Source: Solirubrobacterales bacterium (GTDB lineage: Bacteria; Actinomycetota; Thermoleophilia; Solirubrobacterales; 70-9). From it: a stretch of 64,000 bases of DNA. Location: positions 7,974 to 71,973 of the forward strand of contig DASULS010000008.1 in NCBI GenBank assembly GCA_036278095.1. The letters are read 5' to 3'. The notes below the pieces were generated by a model. It was not told the origin of the DNA. It worked only from the letters and a program-made list of their open reading frames with translations, and made no database searches. Positions 1-8,457 of this stretch are shown here, one piece after another (the stretch's first letter is position 1; the number at the start of each line of letters is the position of its first letter). The position numbers and the translations under genes were made by a program.

Positions 1-744
1 GTGAGCGGGGCGGGCCTGCTCGCCGCGGTCGCCGTCCTGCTCGGCTTGGCGGGAGCGAGGGAGCTGCTCCGCGATCATCCGCTTCCCATTGCGAGGCTGC
101 CGTTGCGCCACGGGCAGCCGGCGCTGCTCGTCGCCAGGTTCGCCGGCGCCGGTGGAGGCCTCCTGGTGGGGCTGGGCGCGGCGCCGGCGGCTCCCGGGCG
201 CCTCTCGATCCTGGCCTTGGTCGCTCTGCCCGCCGCCGGCTTCTTCGTCCCCGACGCCGTGCTGGCGCGGCGGGCACGGCTGCGCCAACGGCGCCTGGTT
301 GCCGCCCTGCCCGACGCCCTCGATCTGCTCGCGATCAGCGCCGGCTCCGGCCGCGGGCCCGCGGCCGGGATCGAGCAGCTGGCCTGGGCGGCGGGGGAAG
401 GGCCGCTGGGGGAGGAGATGCGGCTGACCCTCGCCGAGCTCTCCTGCGGGGTGCCGATGAGCGCCGCCCTGGAGTCGTTGCGGCGCCGGGTGCCGGGCAG
501 CGAGCTGGCGACTCTGGTCGCCGCGATCGAGCGCTCGCGCCGCTTCGGCTCCCCGCTCGCCGACCAGCTCCGCCGCCAGTCGGCTTCGCTGCGCACCGCC
601 AGCCGCCGCGCCACCGAGGAGCACGCCGCCCGGGCGGCGCCGAAGATCCAACTCGTCGTCGCCCTGGTCCTCGTCCCCTCGGTCCTGCTGATGATCGCCG
701 CCGGCCTGATCGCCAACGCCGGCACCCTGCTCGCCGGTTTCTGA
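1..744 (+). CDS. Type II secretion system F-family inner-membrane protein (TadB/TadC-like); N-terminus possibly cut by window edge
   Basis: ORF 1-744. T2SSF-type core (LPDALDLLAISAGSG, SPLADQLRRQSASLR) and terminal TM helix IQLVVALVLVPSVLLMIAAGLI. Confidence 0.6.
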   Translation: MSGAGLLAAVAVLLGLAGARELLRDHPLPIARLPLRHGQPALLVARFAGAGGGLLVGLGAAPAAPGRLSILALVALPAAGFFVPDAVLARRARLRQRRLVAALPDALDLLAISAGSGRGPAAGIEQLAWAAGEGPLGEEMRLTLAELSCGVPMSAALESLRRRVPGSELATLVAAIERSRRFGSPLADQLRRQSASLRTASRRATEEHAARAAPKIQLVVALVLVPSVLLMIAAGLIANAGTLLAGF

Positions 745-1626
745 TCAAGTGGCGGGCTGGCTCGTTTCGCCCGCCTCGTCGCGGAGGCGTTTCGCCACCG
801 CGGCGGTGGCGGTGGCGATCTCGTCGAGGTCCTCGGCGTCTTCCTTGTGGCCGTTGACGTAGCAGCAGAGGGCGCCGTCGACGAGCTCGAAGGCGAACTT
901 CTTCGGCGCCCTTTCGGTCAGCCAGACGATGAAGGTGGGGGCGAAGAGGCGGCGCAGCCAGATCGCGTCCTGCTCCTTGGTGGCGAAGATCTCGTACTTC
1001 TCGTCGAGCGCCTCGCTCTCCAGCTTCACCCGCTCTTTGTCGCCGCGGAAGACGTCCTCGAACTTCTCCAGGGCGCGGAGGCCGAACTTGCGCTGGCAGT
1101 AGAGCTCGGGCAGGTGGGCGACGCACTCGGGCACTTCGACCAGGCCGAGGGTGTAGTGGTAGTAGTTGGTCTCGCGGTTGCCCTCGCTGTCGGTCGTCTC
1201 CTCCTCGTAGGTGTAGAGGGCGAGGGTGCCTTCGCAGTCGCTGGCGATGCGGCCGGTCAGGGTGCGGTCGGCGTAGCGGTCGTCGCCTTTGCGCAGCAGC
1301 GGCGTCGCCGGCGGCAGCGGCCCCTTGCCGCCGAGCGTCAGCCCGCGCTCCTGGGCGTAGGCGGCGAAGAAGGCGTCGGCGGCCTGCGAGTCGGCGATCG
1401 CGAAGACGATCACGACGGCGATGACGAAGACGCCGACCGCGGCTGCGCCCCCGATCGCCGGGCCGACCAGCGCCGCTCCGGCGACCCCGGCGGCGACCAC
1501 GAAGACCCCGATCAGGATCCAGGTCAGCGGCTTGCGCATCAGCCGCTTGAAGTGGAAGCCGCGCAGATCGTTGGCGTCGGCCGGGGCGGTTGCCGCCGCT
1601 TCGTGTGCCTCTTCGGTCCCAGCCAC
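745..1626 (-). CDS. Hypothetical membrane-anchored protein, no family recognised
   Basis: ORF 745-1767(-). Plausible starts are GTG 1626 or ATG 1539. A long hydrophobic segment (LTWILIGVFVVAAGVAGAALVGPAIGGAAAVGVFVIAVVIVFAI) is followed by a charged soluble domain. Its stop abuts the stop of the preceding gene. Confidence 0.5.
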   Translation of the reverse strand: MAGTEEAHEAAATAPADANDLRGFHFKRLMRKPLTWILIGVFVVAAGVAGAALVGPAIGGAAAVGVFVIAVVIVFAIADSQAADAFFAAYAQERGLTLGGKGPLPPATPLLRKGDDRYADRTLTGRIASDCEGTLALYTYEEETTDSEGNRETNYYHYTLGLVEVPECVAHLPELYCQRKFGLRALEKFEDVFRGDKERVKLESEALDEKYEIFATKEQDAIWLRRLFAPTFIVWLTERAPKKFAFELVDGALCCYVNGHKEDAEDLDEIATATAAVAKRLRDEAGETSQPAT

Positions 1627-1683
1627 GGAACCCAACCTACCGCGCCCGCCCGGATGCAAATGGGCTTGCAGAGGGAGGTCGTG

Positions 1684-1712
1684 TTGCAAAGTGGGGGAGA
1701 GTGGGTTATTGT
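1684..1712 (+). promoter_or_regulatory. Putative mraZ/dcw promoter TTGCAA-N17-TATTGT
   Basis: TTGCAA 1684-1689 and TATTGT 1707-1712 are separated by 17 nt, about 100 nt upstream of the mraZ start. Pattern match only. Confidence 0.4.
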
Positions 1713-1715
1713 GGC
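1691..1715 (+). promoter_or_regulatory. MraZ operator: three direct GTGG(G/C) boxes with 10-nt periodicity
   Basis: GTGGG at 1691, GTGGG at 1701 and GTGGC at 1711. This is the same repeat architecture as known MraZ sites, and it overlaps the predicted promoter. Confidence 0.6.
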
Positions 1716-1813
1716 GCTCGAGTTGAAGCCCAGGACCGGGGTGGTGAGGCTCCTCCCACCTCATCACTCCGGTCCATTTCTTTTCCGGCCTCCCCAGAAA
1801 GGACTTCCCGGCG

Positions 1814-2257
1814 GTGGCGTTCAGGGGTCTCTACGAGCACAGCCTCGATTCCAAGGATCGCCTTACGGTCCCCTCTCGCTTTCGCGCTTCGCTGGCCGAC
1901 GGAATCGTTCTCTCCAAGGGCTTCGACCCCTGCGTCTGGGTGCACACGACCAACGAGTTCGAGCAGCTCTCCGACCGCTTCCTCTCCCCGCACAGCCCCT
2001 TCGGCCGCGACGCCCGGGCGCTGCGCCGCCGCTTCCACGGCGGCTCCTTCGACGAGAAGCTCGACTCCGCCGGGCGCATCCGCATCCCCAAGCCGCTGCT
2101 CGAGCACGCCGGCCTCGACGGCAACTGCGTCGTCATCGGCGCCGGCGAGTACCTGGAGATCTGGGACGCCGAGGCCTGGGCCAAGCAGGAGGAAGAGCTC
2201 GACGCCGCCGCTCCCGAGATCGCCGAGGGCCTCGCGACCGCCGGACCCGCATCATGA
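1814..2257 (+). CDS. mraZ: Transcriptional regulator MraZ
   Basis: GTG start. Duplicated SpoVT/AbrB-like halves (SLDSKDRLTVPSRFR, KLDSAGRIRIPKPLLE). First gene of the dcw cluster. Confidence 0.95.
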   Translation: MAFRGLYEHSLDSKDRLTVPSRFRASLADGIVLSKGFDPCVWVHTTNEFEQLSDRFLSPHSPFGRDARALRRRFHGGSFDEKLDSAGRIRIPKPLLEHAGLDGNCVVIGAGEYLEIWDAEAWAKQEEELDAAAPEIAEGLATAGPAS

Positions 2258-2299
2258 GACTGAATGCCGCCGCCCTCCACACCCCCCTGTCCCTCCCGG

Positions 2300-2344
2300 C
2301 GACGGGACGAAAACGTCCCTATATGGACCGAAATCGTCCCGTCG
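2300..2344 (+). other. Alternative-pairing hairpin in the mraZ-rsmH spacer
   Basis: CGACGGGACGA 2300-2310 is the exact reverse complement of TCGTCCCGTCG 2334-2344. A competing stem pairs GGGACG 2304-2309 with CGTCCC 2314-2319. Confidence 0.4.
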
Positions 2345-2364
2345 GCACTCCTCTGGAGGTGGTC

Positions 2365-3315
2365 ATGAGCGAGCACGAGCCTGTTCTGGCGCCGGAGCTG
2401 GTCTCGCTGCTGGCGCCGGAGCCGGGGCAGACGGCGGTCGACTGCACCTTCGGCGCCGGCGGCCATGCCCGCCGCGTCGCCGAGCTGATCGGGCCGGAGG
2501 GGACGCTGATCGGGATCGACCGCGACCCCGCTGCGCAGGAGCGCTTCAACCGCTTCGCCGCCGAGGTGCCGTGCCGCACGCTCTTCATCAGCTCCGACTT
2601 CGCGGCAGGACTTCGCGCCTTGCAGGGCGAAGGAATCCGCCCAGACATGGTTTATGTAGATCTGGGGATGTCCTCGATGCAGGTCGATGCGCGTGAGCGG
2701 GGCTTCTCCTATTCCTACGACGCGCCGCTCGACATGCGGATGGACACGCGGCAGAAGTTCACCGCCGCCAACCTCGTCAACGAGTGGCCCGAGGCGCGGA
2801 TCGCCCAGGTCCTGCGCCGTTTCGGCGAGGAGCGACACGCCGGCGGGATCGCCCGCGAGATCGTCCGCCGCCGCCCGCTGGCGACCACCGGCGAGCTGGT
2901 CGCCGCGATCAAGGCAGGGATGCCGGCCTCGGCCCGCTTCGGCGCCGGCCACCCGGCCAAGCGCAGCTTCCAGGCGATCCGGATCGCCGTCAACGGCGAG
3001 CTCGAGGCGCTGGAGGAAGCGCTGCCGCTGGCCTGGCAGCAGCTGCGGGTCGGCGGCCGTTTCGCCGCGATCTCCTTCCACTCGCTCGAGGACCGGCCGG
3101 TGAAGCAGTTCCTCGCCGCCAAGGCCCGTGGCTGCATCTGCCCGCCCGAGCTTCCCGTCTGCGTCTGCGGCCACGAGCCCGAGGCCGAGTTGCTGACCCG
3201 CCGCGCGATCGCGCCGAGCCCGGAGGAGGCGGAGTCGAACCCGCGCTCGCGCTCGGCCCACCTGCGGGCGGCGCTGAAGATCGCCGAGGAGCAGCCAGTG
3301 GGGGAGGCGGGCTGA
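2365..3315 (+). CDS. rsmH: 16S rRNA (cytosine1402-N4)-methyltransferase RsmH
   Basis: ATG 2365 is preceded by GGAGG (2355-2359). SAM motif DCTFGAGGH. Only the last 317 codons of the long ORF 847-3315 are used. Confidence 0.95.
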   Translation: MSEHEPVLAPELVSLLAPEPGQTAVDCTFGAGGHARRVAELIGPEGTLIGIDRDPAAQERFNRFAAEVPCRTLFISSDFAAGLRALQGEGIRPDMVYVDLGMSSMQVDARERGFSYSYDAPLDMRMDTRQKFTAANLVNEWPEARIAQVLRRFGEERHAGGIAREIVRRRPLATTGELVAAIKAGMPASARFGAGHPAKRSFQAIRIAVNGELEALEEALPLAWQQLRVGGRFAAISFHSLEDRPVKQFLAAKARGCICPPELPVCVCGHEPEAELLTRRAIAPSPEEAESNPRSRSAHLRAALKIAEEQPVGEAG

Positions 3316-3869
3316 TGGCCGTCGCCGCTCCCGCCCGCCGCACCGCCCCGGCGCCGCGTCCCTCGCGGACGACGCCGCCGCCGAAACCGCGCAAACCGGC
3401 CCGCAAGACCGCGGCCGGGGGCGTCGCCGCTCCGGCAAAGACGCCCGCGCGCCGTCCGGCTCCCAAGCGTCAGCCCGTCACCACCCGGCCCAAGCTCGTC
3501 GTCGTCGCCGGCCGCACCGCTGGCGCCGTTCGCCAGCTGCCGGACTCGAGCCTGGTGGTGCGGATGACCCGCGGCCGCGCCTGGATCGCCGTCCTCGGGG
3601 TGCTCCTGGTCGGGATCGTCGCCCTCAACGTCGTCACCCTCAGCTTCGCCGCCTCCGCCAGCAAGATCGACGAGCAGATCACCACGCTCGAAAACGAGAA
3701 CTCGATGCTGGAAAGCCGCGTGGCCGAGCGCTACAGCACCGCCCGCGTCCGCGGCGAGGCGGCGCAGATGGGCCTGGCGATGCCGAACACCGAAGAGCCG
3801 CACGTGATCGAACTCCGTCCTGACGACGTCGCCACCGCCGCCGCGCGCCTCGCGGCCGCGGGCGGCTAG
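3315..3869 (+). CDS. FtsL-like cell division protein (Pro/Arg-rich N-terminus, one TM helix, coiled coil)
   Basis: ATG 3315 overlaps the rsmH stop. TM helix AWIAVLGVLLVGIVALNVVTL followed by SKIDEQITTLENENSMLESRV. Position between rsmH and ftsI. Confidence 0.6.
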   Translation: MAVAAPARRTAPAPRPSRTTPPPKPRKPARKTAAGGVAAPAKTPARRPAPKRQPVTTRPKLVVVAGRTAGAVRQLPDSSLVVRMTRGRAWIAVLGVLLVGIVALNVVTLSFAASASKIDEQITTLENENSMLESRVAERYSTARVRGEAAQMGLAMPNTEEPHVIELRPDDVATAAARLAAAGG

Positions 3870-3882
3870 GGGCCAGCCGCCG

Positions 3883-5535
3883 ATGCGCTTGATCGAGCGC
3901 CGGATCGGGCTCCTCTTCGGTGGCTTCCTCCTCTGCTTTCTGATCATCGTCGGTCGCGCCTTCTGGCTGCAGGGCGTGCAGGGGGCGAAGCTCGCCTCCG
4001 AGGCCACCTACCAGCAGACCGACGTCGTCACCGTGCCGGGGCTGCGCGGCGACCTGCTCGACCGCCGCGGCAACAAGCTCGCCGCCTCCGAAGACGCGGC
4101 GACGATCTACGCCACCCCCTACCAGGTGAAAGACCCGCCGCAGGCGGCGGCGCAACTGGCCCCGATCCTGAAGGAGACGAAAGCCGAAGTGCTGGAAGCG
4201 CTGACCGCCGAAGGCGGCTTCTCCTACGTCGCCCACAAAGTCGACCTCGGCACCGCCGCCAAGGTCGAAGCGCTGAAGCTGGAAGGGATCGGCGAGCTGC
4301 CCGACAGCCGCCGTACCTATCCGCAGGGGGAGATGGCGGGGCAGGTGATCGGCACCGTCGGCTCCGAAAACACGGGGCTGACCGGACTGGAGATGGGCGA
4401 GGAATCGGTCCTCGCCGGCAGCGACGGCGAAAGGCGGGTCATCCACGACGCGCTCGGCCAGCCGCTGCGGCTGGAAACCGTCCACGAAGCCGAGGACGGC
4501 GAAAACATCGAGCTCACCCTCGACCCGGTGATCCAGCGGGAAACCGAACGGGTCCTGGCCGGGGTGGGGGAAACGTATGCGCCGACCGGCGCCACCGCGA
4601 TCGTCGTCGACCCGCGCAGCTCGCAGGTCCTGGCGATGGCGAACTGGCCGCCGGTCAACCCCGAAGACCTCTCCGAAGTCAGCAACGAAGACCTGCTCAA
4701 CAAGGCGACCGGCTTCAACTACGAACCGGGCTCGACCTTCAAGGCCTTCACGGTCGCCGCGGCGCTGGAAGAAGAAGTGGTGACGCCGACGAGCGAATTC
4801 GTCCTGCCGCCGTCGATCCAGGTCGCCGACCGGACGATCAAAGACGCCGAGGAACGCGGCACCGAAACGATGAGCGTCGGCACGATCCTCGCCCGCTCCT
4901 CCAACGTCGGGGCGGTGACGATCGGACTAAAGGTCGGCGCCGAAAAGTTCAGCAAATGGATCGACCGCTTCGGCTTCGGCCGGCAGACCGGGATCCAGTT
5001 CCCCAACGAGGAACACGGCATCGTCCCCGCCCTCGACGAATACTCCGGCTCGACGATGGGCAACCTGCCGATGGGCCAGGGCCTGGCGGTCACCCCGATC
5101 CAGATGGTCGCCGGCTACACGGCGATCGCCAACGGTGGCATCCTCAGGCCGCCGCAGCTGATCAAGCAGGTCGGCGAAGAAACGATTCAGGAGCCGAAGG
5201 GGCACCGGGTGATCTCCGCCCAGGTGTCGGCCGAGATCCGCGAAATGCTCGAAGGGGTGCTGGCGCCCGGCGGCACCGCCTCCGAGGTCAGCGTCCCCGG
5301 CTACACGCTGGCGGGCAAGACCGGGACCGCGCAGGTGGCCGAAAACGGCGGCTACTCGAAAACGAAGTACATCGCCTCGTTCATCGGCTTCGCGCCGGCG
5401 CAAAATCCGCAGCTGCTGGCGGCGGTGATCGTCGATGAACCGCAGGGGGAAATCTACGGTGGGTCGGTGGCGGCGCCGGCGTTCGGTGAAATCGCGGAAT
5501 TTGCGTTGCCTTATCTCGGGGTTCCGCAGGAATGA
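3883..5535 (+). CDS. ftsI: Penicillin-binding protein, FtsI-type transpeptidase
   Basis: Motifs STFK, SSN and KTGTA are present, with an N-terminal TM anchor. dcw position. Confidence 0.9.
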   Translation: MRLIERRIGLLFGGFLLCFLIIVGRAFWLQGVQGAKLASEATYQQTDVVTVPGLRGDLLDRRGNKLAASEDAATIYATPYQVKDPPQAAAQLAPILKETKAEVLEALTAEGGFSYVAHKVDLGTAAKVEALKLEGIGELPDSRRTYPQGEMAGQVIGTVGSENTGLTGLEMGEESVLAGSDGERRVIHDALGQPLRLETVHEAEDGENIELTLDPVIQRETERVLAGVGETYAPTGATAIVVDPRSSQVLAMANWPPVNPEDLSEVSNEDLLNKATGFNYEPGSTFKAFTVAAALEEEVVTPTSEFVLPPSIQVADRTIKDAEERGTETMSVGTILARSSNVGAVTIGLKVGAEKFSKWIDRFGFGRQTGIQFPNEEHGIVPALDEYSGSTMGNLPMGQGLAVTPIQMVAGYTAIANGGILRPPQLIKQVGEETIQEPKGHRVISAQVSAEIREMLEGVLAPGGTASEVSVPGYTLAGKTGTAQVAENGGYSKTKYIASFIGFAPAQNPQLLAAVIVDEPQGEIYGGSVAAPAFGEIAEFALPYLGVPQE

Positions 5536-5544
5536 TGGGTGGGG

Positions 5545-5619
5545 GCGGTCCGGGTGACCCTCCCAAAACTCGCTCGCTTCGCTCGCTTTTGAGTGTTTTG
5601 GGAGGGTCACCCGGACCGC
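5545..5619. repeat. Palindromic element: 25-bp perfect inverted repeat, 25-nt loop
   Basis: 5545-5569 GCGGTCCGGGTGACCCTCCCAAAAC is the exact reverse complement of 5595-5619. The loop contains TCGCTCGC-TTCGCTCGC. Confidence 0.9.
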
Positions 5620-5638
5620 TACCTAGAATCGTGGCCCG

Positions 5639-7093
5639 ATGACGAGATTAGGCGACTTGGTCGCGGAGCTTCCGGGAGCACGTGTCGTCGGCGACACCTC
5701 TGTGGAGGTTGCTGATCTGGCTTATGACAGTCGCAAGGTGGAGCCTGGGACTTTGTTCTTCTGCGTGGTGGGGGAGAAGGTGGATGGGCATTCGTTTGGG
5801 GCGCGGGCGGTTGAGGAAGGGGCCGTGGCGCTGGTCGTCGAGCGGGAGCTGACGGAGCTGGGGGTGGCGCAGGTGGTGGTGTCCGATTCGCGGGCGGCGA
5901 TGGCGCCGATGGCGGCTCGGTTCTGGGGAGATCCGACGGCGAAGCTGCGGGTGGCGGGGGTGACCGGGACCAACGGGAAGACGACGACCGCGTATCTGAT
6001 CCGGGAGATCCTCGAGGCGGCGGACTTCAACTGCGGCCTGCTGGGGACGGTGAAGCAGGTCGTCGGCGGGGTCGAGAAGGAAGTGGTGCGGACGACGCCG
6101 GAGGCGATCGAGCTGCAGGCGACCTTCCGCCAGATGCTCGAGGGTGGCGACGAGGCCTGCGCGATGGAGGTCTCCTCGCACGCGATGACCCTGCACCGGG
6201 CCGACGCGATCCACTTCGAGGTCGCCCTCTTCACCAACCTCACCCAGGACCACCTCGACTTCCACGCCGACATGGAGGACTACTTCCGCGCCAAGCGCAA
6301 GCTGTTCGAGACCGGGCCGAAGACGGCGATCGTCAACGTCGACGACCCCTACGGCCGCCGCCTCGCCGAGGAGTTCGAGTGCGTCACCTTCTCCGCCGAG
6401 GGCGCCGAGGCCGACTACAGCGCCCGCGACGTCGAGTTCGACGCCGGCGGCGCCGGCTTCACCGTCGCCGACATGCGATTGCGCACCGGCCTGCCCGGCC
6501 ACTTCAACGTCGCCAACGCGCTCGGCGCCTTCGCCGCGGCGGAGGCGATGGGGGTGGGGGCGGAGATCGCCGCTGCCGGCCTCGCCAAGGCGGGGCGCGT
6601 GCCGGGCCGCTTCGAGCCGATCGACGAGGGCCAGGAGTTCACGGTCCTGGTCGACTACGCCCATACCCCCGACTCGCTGGAGAACGTGCTGCAGGCGGCG
6701 CGCCGCCTCACCAAGGGCCGGCTGATCTCCGTCTTCGGCGCCGGTGGCGACCGCGACCGCGACAAGCGGCCGAAGATGGGCCGGGCCGGCGCCGAGCTCT
6801 CCGACCTGGCCGTGATCACCTCCGACAACCCGCGCTCGGAGGACCCGGAGGCGATCGTCGCCGAAGTCGCCAGCGGGGCGGAGGGCGTCGAAGGCGTCGT
6901 GGAGCGGGAGATCGTCGTCGACCGCCGCGAGGCGATCGCCCTGGCGCTCGGTCGCGCCCGCCCCGGCGACACCGTGGTGATCGCCGGCAAGGGCCACGAG
7001 CAGGGGCAGGAGTTCGAGAACGGCCGCAAGGTCCCCTTCGACGACCGCGAGGTCGCCCGCGAGGAGCTCTGGAAGCTGGGCAGCCCGGCGTGA
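5639..7093 (+). CDS. murE: UDP-MurNAc-L-Ala-D-Glu:meso-diaminopimelate ligase
   Basis: P-loop GVTGTNGKTTT and the DNPR motif (ITSDNPRSEDP). Confidence 0.95.
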   Translation: MTRLGDLVAELPGARVVGDTSVEVADLAYDSRKVEPGTLFFCVVGEKVDGHSFGARAVEEGAVALVVERELTELGVAQVVVSDSRAAMAPMAARFWGDPTAKLRVAGVTGTNGKTTTAYLIREILEAADFNCGLLGTVKQVVGGVEKEVVRTTPEAIELQATFRQMLEGGDEACAMEVSSHAMTLHRADAIHFEVALFTNLTQDHLDFHADMEDYFRAKRKLFETGPKTAIVNVDDPYGRRLAEEFECVTFSAEGAEADYSARDVEFDAGGAGFTVADMRLRTGLPGHFNVANALGAFAAAEAMGVGAEIAAAGLAKAGRVPGRFEPIDEGQEFTVLVDYAHTPDSLENVLQAARRLTKGRLISVFGAGGDRDRDKRPKMGRAGAELSDLAVITSDNPRSEDPEAIVAEVASGAEGVEGVVEREIVVDRREAIALALGRARPGDTVVIAGKGHEQGQEFENGRKVPFDDREVAREELWKLGSPA

Positions 7094-8445
7094 GGCTCTC
7101 GCCCGCCGAGATCGCCGCGGCGATGGACGCCGAGGTCGTCGCCGAGGGCGCGCCGGAGCCGCCGCGGCGAGCGACCATCGCGTCCGGCGATGCGGAGCCG
7201 GGAGATCTCTTCTTCGGCCTCAGAGGCGCGAACCGGAATGGCGGCGATTTCGCCCCCGCCGCGATCGAGGCTGGCGCCTGGGGCGTGGTGGTGGACGAGG
7301 GAGCGCGGCAGTCCTTATCGCCGCATAGCGACGAAAAGCTCAGCCGCGGGGCCTGGGTCTTCGCCGTCCAGGACCCGCTGGCGGCGATGCAGGCGCTGGC
7401 GCGGGCCTCCAAGAGGGCGCTCGATGCCCGCGTCGTCGGCGTCACCGGCTCGGTCGGCAAGACCTCGGTCAAGGACATCGCCAAAGCGCTGCTGCCCGGT
7501 CGGGTCCACGCCAATCGCGAGAACCTCAACACCGAGATCGGGTTGCCGCTGACGATCCTCGAAGCCCCCGACGACACCGACGTGCTGGTGCTGGAGATGG
7601 CGATGCGGGGCCGCGGCCAGATCGCCGAGCTGGCGGCGATCGCCGAGCCCGAGGTGGCGGTGATCACCAACGTCGGCCCGGTCCACGTCGAGCTGCTCGG
7701 CTCGGTCGCGGCCATCGCGGCGGCGAAGGCGGAGATCCTCGACGATCTGCCGCCCGGCGGCACCGCCGTCGCCCCAGTCGAGGCCGGGGAGCTGGAGCCG
7801 CACCTGGAGCCGATCGCCGAGCAGCTGCGCTTCGGCCCCGGCGGCGACGTCGAGGCGGTCGAGGCGAGGGTCGACGACGGCGTCACCGAAGCCCTGGTCC
7901 GCACCCCGCTCGGCAGTCAGACCTTCCACTTCCCCTTCACCGAGGCCCACAACCTGACCAACGCCCTGGCTGCGATTGCCGCCGGGGTGGCGCTGGGGGC
8001 TGGCCTCGCCGATATGGCCGACCGCGCTGCGAGCATAGGATTCTCCCGCTTCCGTGGGGAGCGGTTGCAGCTTCCCGGCGGGATCGTCCTCGTGAACGAC
8101 TGCTACAACGCCAACCCGGTGTCGATGCGCGCGGCGCTCGACCATCTCGCCAGCCTCGGCGCATCCCGCACGGTCGCGGTCTTGGGCGAGATGGGCGAGC
8201 TTGGGCCCGGCTCGGCCGGCTACCACCGCGAGGTCGGCGAGCACGCTCGCTCCCACGGGATCGACCTCGTGATCGGTGTCGGCCTGCCGGCCCGCGACTA
8301 CGACCCCGACGAGCTCGTCGCCGACCCCGCCGAGGCCGCCGAGCTGCTGGCGGCGCGGCTGGAGGCCGGCGACGCGGTCCTCGTCAAGGGCTCGCGCTCG
8401 GCCGGGCTCGAGGCGGTCGCGGAGCAGCTGGTGGAGCTGGTCTGA
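7090..8445 (+). CDS. murF: UDP-MurNAc-tripeptide:D-Ala-D-Ala ligase
   Basis: GTG 7090 overlaps the murE stop (GTGA). P-loop GVTGSVGKTS. Confidence 0.9.
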   Translation: MRLSPAEIAAAMDAEVVAEGAPEPPRRATIASGDAEPGDLFFGLRGANRNGGDFAPAAIEAGAWGVVVDEGARQSLSPHSDEKLSRGAWVFAVQDPLAAMQALARASKRALDARVVGVTGSVGKTSVKDIAKALLPGRVHANRENLNTEIGLPLTILEAPDDTDVLVLEMAMRGRGQIAELAAIAEPEVAVITNVGPVHVELLGSVAAIAAAKAEILDDLPPGGTAVAPVEAGELEPHLEPIAEQLRFGPGGDVEAVEARVDDGVTEALVRTPLGSQTFHFPFTEAHNLTNALAAIAAGVALGAGLADMADRAASIGFSRFRGERLQLPGGIVLVNDCYNANPVSMRAALDHLASLGASRTVAVLGEMGELGPGSAGYHREVGEHARSHGIDLVIGVGLPARDYDPDELVADPAEAAELLAARLEAGDAVLVKGSRSAGLEAVAEQLVELV

Positions 8446-8457
8446 TGGAGAGCGCCG

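Noticed and set aside
847-3315. 822-aa ORF spanning the hypothetical gene, mraZ and rsmH
   Set aside because: It is open by chance through GC-rich sequence. Only the last 317 codons (from ATG 2365, with an SD) match RsmH.
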